Positions 53,233 through 64,000 of a stretch of 64,000 nt of DNA are shown in pieces; the stretch's first letter is position 1, and each line of letters begins with the position of its first letter. Position numbers and translations under genes: made by a program. This DNA is from Eledone cirrhosa (taxonomy: Eukaryota), in NCBI GenBank assembly GCA_964016885.1, contig OZ024741.1:13454001-13518000 (forward strand), written 5' to 3'. The notes under the pieces are model-generated. The model did not search any database. It was given only the letters and a program-made list of their open reading frames with translations, and was not told where the DNA came from.

Positions 53233-53519
53233 ATGTCATCCCATCACAGATCATTCAATAACACAGAATATATTATCCAATGTGCTCTATTTTTTTTTAT
53301 TTTAAGTTATAACATAGCAGTGTGTAATCTGCTGCAGCTTTTGACAGCTATTTCTAGCAGGCCGAGCAACCACATAAATGACTTTCCTCTTTGGTTAGGT
53401 TTGGTTCTCTTGTACAGAGAGTTGAAATGAGGTGTGGTCTGCAAGTTGGAGCTTAAATTACTTGCTGCTACTTTTGTGACTCTGTGTAAAGTGATACTGG
53501 GTGGTGGCAAATATTTTCA

Positions 53520-54695
53520 CAACCACTACCAACATCACCACCATCAGCAGCACCAGCACCACCAGCACAATTAGCTCCTCCACCTCCACCACCACCTCCA
53601 CCACCACCATTAGCACCTCCACCTCCACCACCATAAATACAACCACTACCACAACAATCACCACCACCAATATCTCTATCATCAGCACCACCATCACCAC
53701 TACCACCACCATGACCATTATCACCATCACCACTACCACCATCACCACTACCACCACCACTATCACCACTACCACCACCACCATTACTACCACCACCATG
53801 ACCATTATCACCACCACCATGACCACTACCACCACCATCACCCTACCACCATCACCACTACCACCACCACCACTACCACCACCACCATTACTACTACCAT
53901 CATGACCATTATCACCATCACCACTACCACTACCACCATCACCACTACCACCATGACCATTACTACCACCATCACCACTACCATCACCACTACCACCACC
54001 ACCATTACTACCATCATGAACATTATCACCACCACCATCACCACTACCACTACCACCACCATCACCACTACCATCACCACCACCACCACCATCACCACCA
54101 CCACCACCATCACCACTACCACCACCACCATCACCACTACCACCACCACCATCACCACTACCACCATCACCACTACCATCACCACTACCACCACCACCAC
54201 CACCACCACTACCACCACCACCATCACTACCACTACCACCACCACCATCACCACTACCATCGCCACCATCACCATTATCATCACCACCACCATCATCATT
54301 ATCATCATGACCACCACCACCACCACCATCACCACTACTACCACCACCACCACCATCACCACTACCACCACCACCATCACCACCACCACCACCACCACCA
54401 CTATATTTATGAGGAGGCACTCCAAGAACTGTTGGCATTTTGTGTAAACTGGAGAAATTGAAAGAATTTTCTTCTTTTCTAAACAAATTTCTGAGAGTAT
54501 AAATAAATGTAAAAGAGCAAGGAATGACTGAGGATTGTAGTGGTGGTGGTGGCGCTAGTGGTGGTGGGGTGGTAGTGGTGGGTAGTGGGGGTGGTGGTGG
54601 TGGTGGTGGGGTGGTGGTAGTGGTGGGTAGTGGTAGTTATGGGTGGTGATAGTGTCTGTGATGGTGATGATAGTGGTCTTAGTGGTGATGATGAT
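53520..54695. repeat. (CAC)n tract (53520-54401) and oppositely oriented (GGT)n tract (54538-54695)
   Basis: Direct reading. Confidence 0.93.
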
Positions 54696-54816
54696 GGCTC
54701 TCATGTTAACACTGATTATGAATATATGATAGTAATATATATATATATACATATATATATATATGTGTGTATATATATTTATATATATGTATATATATGT
54801 ATATATATATATATGT

Positions 54817-56195
54817 ATAAAAATGGAGTGAAACAGGGGGATATTCCAGCACCGACCCTGTTTGCCATATACTTTGCAATGGTTTTCTGTATTGCATTCA
54901 GGAATTGCGAGCATGGTGTTTACATCCGATATCGAACCTCAGGCAGCATATTTAACATCAGGCGCTTTGCTGCGAAGACAAAAGTATTTACATCAATCAT
55001 AAGAGACCTCTTGTATGCAGATGATTGCGATCTTGTAGCGCACACAGAGAGTGATATGCAGCACATTTTGAATGCATTTTCTGACGCTTGCACTTCCTTG
55101 GGTTTGACTGTCATTCTCAAGAAAACCGTCGTCATGTACCAACCTGCCCCTAGTAAGCAGTACACTGAACCAAACATCTATGTGTATGGCAAACGACTTG
55201 GAGTGGTTGATCAGTTTGTCTACCTGGGAAGCACTGTCAATCGATACGGCAACCTTGACAGTGAAATCTCACTTAGGATTAGGAAAGCAAGTGATGCTTT
55301 CGGAAAGCTAGAAAGGCGACTCTGGGGTCGGCGAGACATATGCAGGAGGACAAAGGTAAAGGTGTACAGGGCATGTGTACTCTCTTGTCTTCTTTATGCC
55401 TGCGAGACCTGGGTCACATATCGACGCCACCTTAAGCAATTGGAGCATTTCCATCAGATGTGTCTCAGACTGATCCATGGCGTTCACTGGAGGGACCACA
55501 TCAGTGATGTTGAGATTTTGGAAAGCTCTATGTGTGACAGTATAGAAGCTCTTGTGCTTAAGCAACGACTCCGTTGGAGTGGTCACCTTGCCAGGATGAA
55601 GGATTCTAGAATACCAAAAACAACTCTTCTATGGAGAGTTGGTTAAAGGAAAACGACCGCCACATAAACCAAAAAAGAGGTATAAGGATTACTTGAAAGC
55701 CTCTTTGAAAGACGCTAACATCTCTGCTGATACATGGGAGAATATTGCTGCTGATCGTAATAAATGGAGAAAGACTGTATATGAGGGAAAAGTTGCTTTG
55801 AGGCATCTTGAATCGCGCACGAGAAAGTAAAGCGGGATGTGAGGAAGGGCATTGCTGTTGCACTTCCAGACGGCGAGGGTCCTCCTATGGTGCTGACATG
55901 CAGCGTCTGTGCGAGACTCTGCCTAAGCAAAGCTGGACTCGAAAGTCATTTTCGCAGTCATAAAGTAAGACCAGTGGTTGACTACCAGGCTGCTGTTGGA
56001 GATGCTACTCATCATGCTTGCCAAACATGTGGTAGAGAATGTAAATCAGCAGGAGGGCTCAAGCGACATGCAAAAGTACACGAACTCCAACCACAGCCGA
56101 CTATTCCCAGTGAATGTTTTGGTTGCCGACTCTGTGCAAGACATTTTAGATCATTGGCTGGGCTAAAAAGCCACATTCGATCGCAGCACTGTTAG
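54817..56195 (+). pseudogene. RTE/BovB-like LINE family 2, 5'-truncated RT, two frameshifts, three C-terminal C2H2 fingers
   Basis: GVKQGDIPAPTLF, LLYADDC, FVYLGS, LLYACETW, RLRWSGH; frameshifts near 55620 and 55798; CSVC..H..H, CQTC..H..H, CRLC..H...H. Confidence 0.92.
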
Positions 56196-56201
56196 TTGCT
56201 A

Positions 56202-56247
<46 letters not shown>

Positions 56248-56629
56248 GCTTATGTGTGTGCGTGTGTGTGTATATATATATGAATATGTATATTATTATT
56301 GTTGTTGTCGTTATTATTATTATTGCTATTATTATTATTATTATTATTATTGTTATTAATGTATGTGTGTATATGTGTGTATGTATATATGTATGTATGT
56401 ATATATTCTAGGAGAAGGAAAACTCTGATATAACACCTGCAACCCTGATGGTATCCAATGATGTTGACTTGTTCTTCTTTTTGGTAAATATCATCTTGGT
56501 TAAGAGAGTGGGACTGGCTTTGTGCCGTGCCTTTGCTCACTATAAAAGCTTCACGGCACAGGCATTGCTTTATATCTGGAGATCTCTATGCACTTGTCAT
56601 CACATGGTACCATGGGCCCAGCACTATGT

Positions 56630-56780
56630 GTCAATAATTGTCACAAGTGTAGTGTTTGTACCAGAGTTTTCAAGTCGCTGGCTGGACTAAAAAATCACAC
56701 TCGTTCAGCGCATCGGTAGGGGTTCTCCTACATGGATATAAAGTAGTGGCCGTACTCGAAAACGAGTTGGCAGCCACCAT
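56630..56780 (+). mobile_element. 3' fragment of a related RTE (one C2H2 finger, stop, 3' stem-loop)
   Basis: CSVCTRVFKSLAGLKNHTRSAHR* (56648-56719); GTGGC...CTCG-AAAA-CGAG...GCCAC terminal stem-loop. Confidence 0.75.
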
Positions 56781-56900
56781 GTATGTATATATATATATAT
56801 TTCTTTTTTTTTTTTTTTAAATTTATTTATTATTATTATTATTATTATTTTTTTTTTCTTGTGCAATGGCCATACTCGATAACGAGGGGGCAGCCATCAT

Positions 56901-61495
<4,595 letters not shown>

Positions 61496-61496
61496 T

Positions 61497-63538
61497 AAGG
61501 CGGGTAAAATTCCCGAGATCCATGGACGAGTTCTCTCCAGCGGTCTCTGTCCCTCATTATCGCTGCCATATCCTCCATCTCCAACAGACCAGTGTCTGTC
61601 CTTAGGGCATCAACATATGTTAACCTTGGTCTTCCTCTTCTAGTGTGTCCATGTAGGGCTCCCAAAGGAGCACTGAGTGCAATGTCAACTCTGGATGTCG
61701 GTGAGCATGTCCAGCCAATCTCAGTCTCTGTGTCACTTTTGAGCTGACTTTTGGGATGCTCCCATACAGCTCTGAGTTTTCATCCTCAGTGTATACTGAT
61801 TAATGTTCAGAGCCATCCTCAGCATTCTCGTGTAGCACCCATCCACCATCTGAGTGAGTCTCTTGGTCAGTGTCCAAGTCTCAGACCCATACAGCAGCAC
61901 AGACTCCACTACAGCAATGAGAGCCGGATTTTCAGGTCTCTACGAGGTCCGACTTCCACACCACCTCAAGCTGTGACACGCCACCCAGGCCTTGCTCTTC
62001 CTCTCAACCACATCATCTTCCGTATTCCCAATCTTTGCTCCCAAATACAGAAGTCCTCAACCAATTCCAGCGGCTTCCCGCCTACATTAGTGATCCCCTC
62101 TGGCTTCTCAACATTCTCTACCAGATATTTTGTTTTAGTCTCATTCATTCTCAGCCCCACACTCATCGACACAGTCTCAACCTCCCGCATCAAATCCTCT
62201 GCCTCCCTCACTGTATTTGTCACCAAAACTATGTCGTCGGCAAATTCAGCATCCGATACCTTTTTCGCCCCAACTCTCCCGCTCTGAGCGGTGCCACAGT
62301 AAAGCTAGTGTCCTGGTGTTTTCTCCAGTGCAAGGCGCATACAATAGTCCACTACGATGATAAAAAGGTAGGAGCCAATGTATCTCCCTGGAGCACTCAG
62401 CCAGTATCTCAAAGAACTCTGTCATCCCATCAGGTGTAATGACTTGGCTTTGGTGTTGGTGTAGAGCAGTGATATCAGGTCCACTATCCTCTTGGGGATT
62501 CCATAAGCCTGTAAGATCTTCATCAGGCAGTAACGGTCCACAGAATCAAAGGCTTTCCTAAAGTCAATGAAAACCATGACCGCAGGAAGGCACTTTGCTC
62601 TAGCTCCCTCTAATATCCTCCTCAGCATCAGGATGTGACTGGTGGTTGATCTTGCTCTGAAGCCGTTCTCGTTGTCCTGAGCTTCTCTCCATCTCAGGCT
62701 GGATCCTGTTAAGAATCATCCTGTTGAGGGTCTTAGCCACAAGTGACGTCAGTGAGATCCCCCGGTAGTTGTTGGTGTTAGAGAGATCTCCCTTCTTTGG
62801 CACTGGGACGATGTTACTGATCCTCCACTGATTCGGGCAACTCCTTTCTCCAGTGCCCCGGTTACAGAACCCCAGGATGATATCATCAAAATCACACCTC
62901 TTCATCACCTCTGATGCCACTCCATCTTCTCCATGAGCCTTGCCCTCCTTGATCTTCTTCTTGGCTCTCTGAAGCTCCTCTCTGGTGAAGGGCTCTGTCT
63001 CAACATCCAGTTCCTCAAACAGCCGCCTGATCTCCCCAGTGCTCCGGGCTGTGGAGGGTGACTCTCCTAGTAGGGTCTAAAATGGTCTAGCCATTTCCTC
63101 TTCCTATCCTCGGGCCCCGTTCCTGGATCTGACTCGAACACCTTTTCTTCCTCCCTGTGATCTCGTTGATGATCATCCAGCTCTCCTTACATCCAGACCT
63201 GTCAACCACTCTCTCCACACTTCTGATCTTCTCTATCAGTGCCTCCTCTCTGACCTCAGTGTAAGCGGTACAGAGCTCTTCCCTCATCACCCCCACAGTC
63301 TCCATTCTCTTCTCCGTAGGATCAGCATAGAATTGGTCCTGGCAGCTTTCAGGTGTTCTCTGCTGCACACACTTTGGGTTTGCAGAGCTGACGTGCTTCC
63401 CTTTGTTCTTTTTCCCTGGCACCAGGGTTTCACTTGCTTTCGCCACTGCATTGGCGAAGTGCCCGTACCTCCTCGTCACACTCTCCTCAGTCCATCCAAT
63501 CTCTCTCTCCTCTGACTCTCCACACAGAGCACTAAACC
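61497..63538 (-). mobile_element. Decayed RTE-like LINE family 3, 5'-truncated, multiple frameshifts
   Basis: IVPVPKKGDLSNTNNYRGISL, FIDFRKAFDSV, QGDTLAP, EFADDIVL, NETKTKY fragments in successive frames. Confidence 0.9.
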
Positions 63539-63971
<433 letters not shown>

Positions 63972-64000
63972 GGTGTTCTGGTGCAATAAGTAGCAGCAAG
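63972..64000 (+). mobile_element. Start of another 5'-truncated RTE family 1 copy, runs off the right edge
   Basis: GGTGTTCTGGTGCAATAAGTAGCAGCAAG is the exact reverse complement of 17467-17495. Confidence 0.85.

Overview
Eukaryotic, gene-poor, repeat-saturated window; the SINE, LINE and microsatellite content suggests a cephalopod (octopus-like) genome, which is an inference. No host protein-coding gene is supportable. It contains a ~14.9 kb 43-bp satellite with fold-back inversions and higher-order duplications, eight or more other mini/satellite arrays, and long (TA/TG)n, (CAC)n and (CT)n tracts. Mobile elements: 5'-truncated RTE-type LINEs of three families (one with a PHD finger inside the RT, one with a C2H2 array), two tRNA-derived SINE families, a non-autonomous Helitron and a Penelope-like GIY-YIG remnant. 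The main hidden signal, invisible in the ORF track, is a set of type I hammerhead ribozyme motifs: 15671-15750 (+), 16146-16188 (+), 26112-26171 (-), 32424-32498 (-), plus partial or degenerate copies. Two lie in short non-coding direct-repeat units (442 bp and ~331 bp) that look like retrozymes or Penelope pseudo-LTRs, and one has a SINE inserted at its cleavage site. The window also shows a 3.8 kb satellite born from a LINE 3' UTR, a satellite switched by a loop micro-inversion, a SINE/LINE tail pair and a twin-priming inversion. Coordinates were read by eye and may be off by a few bases.
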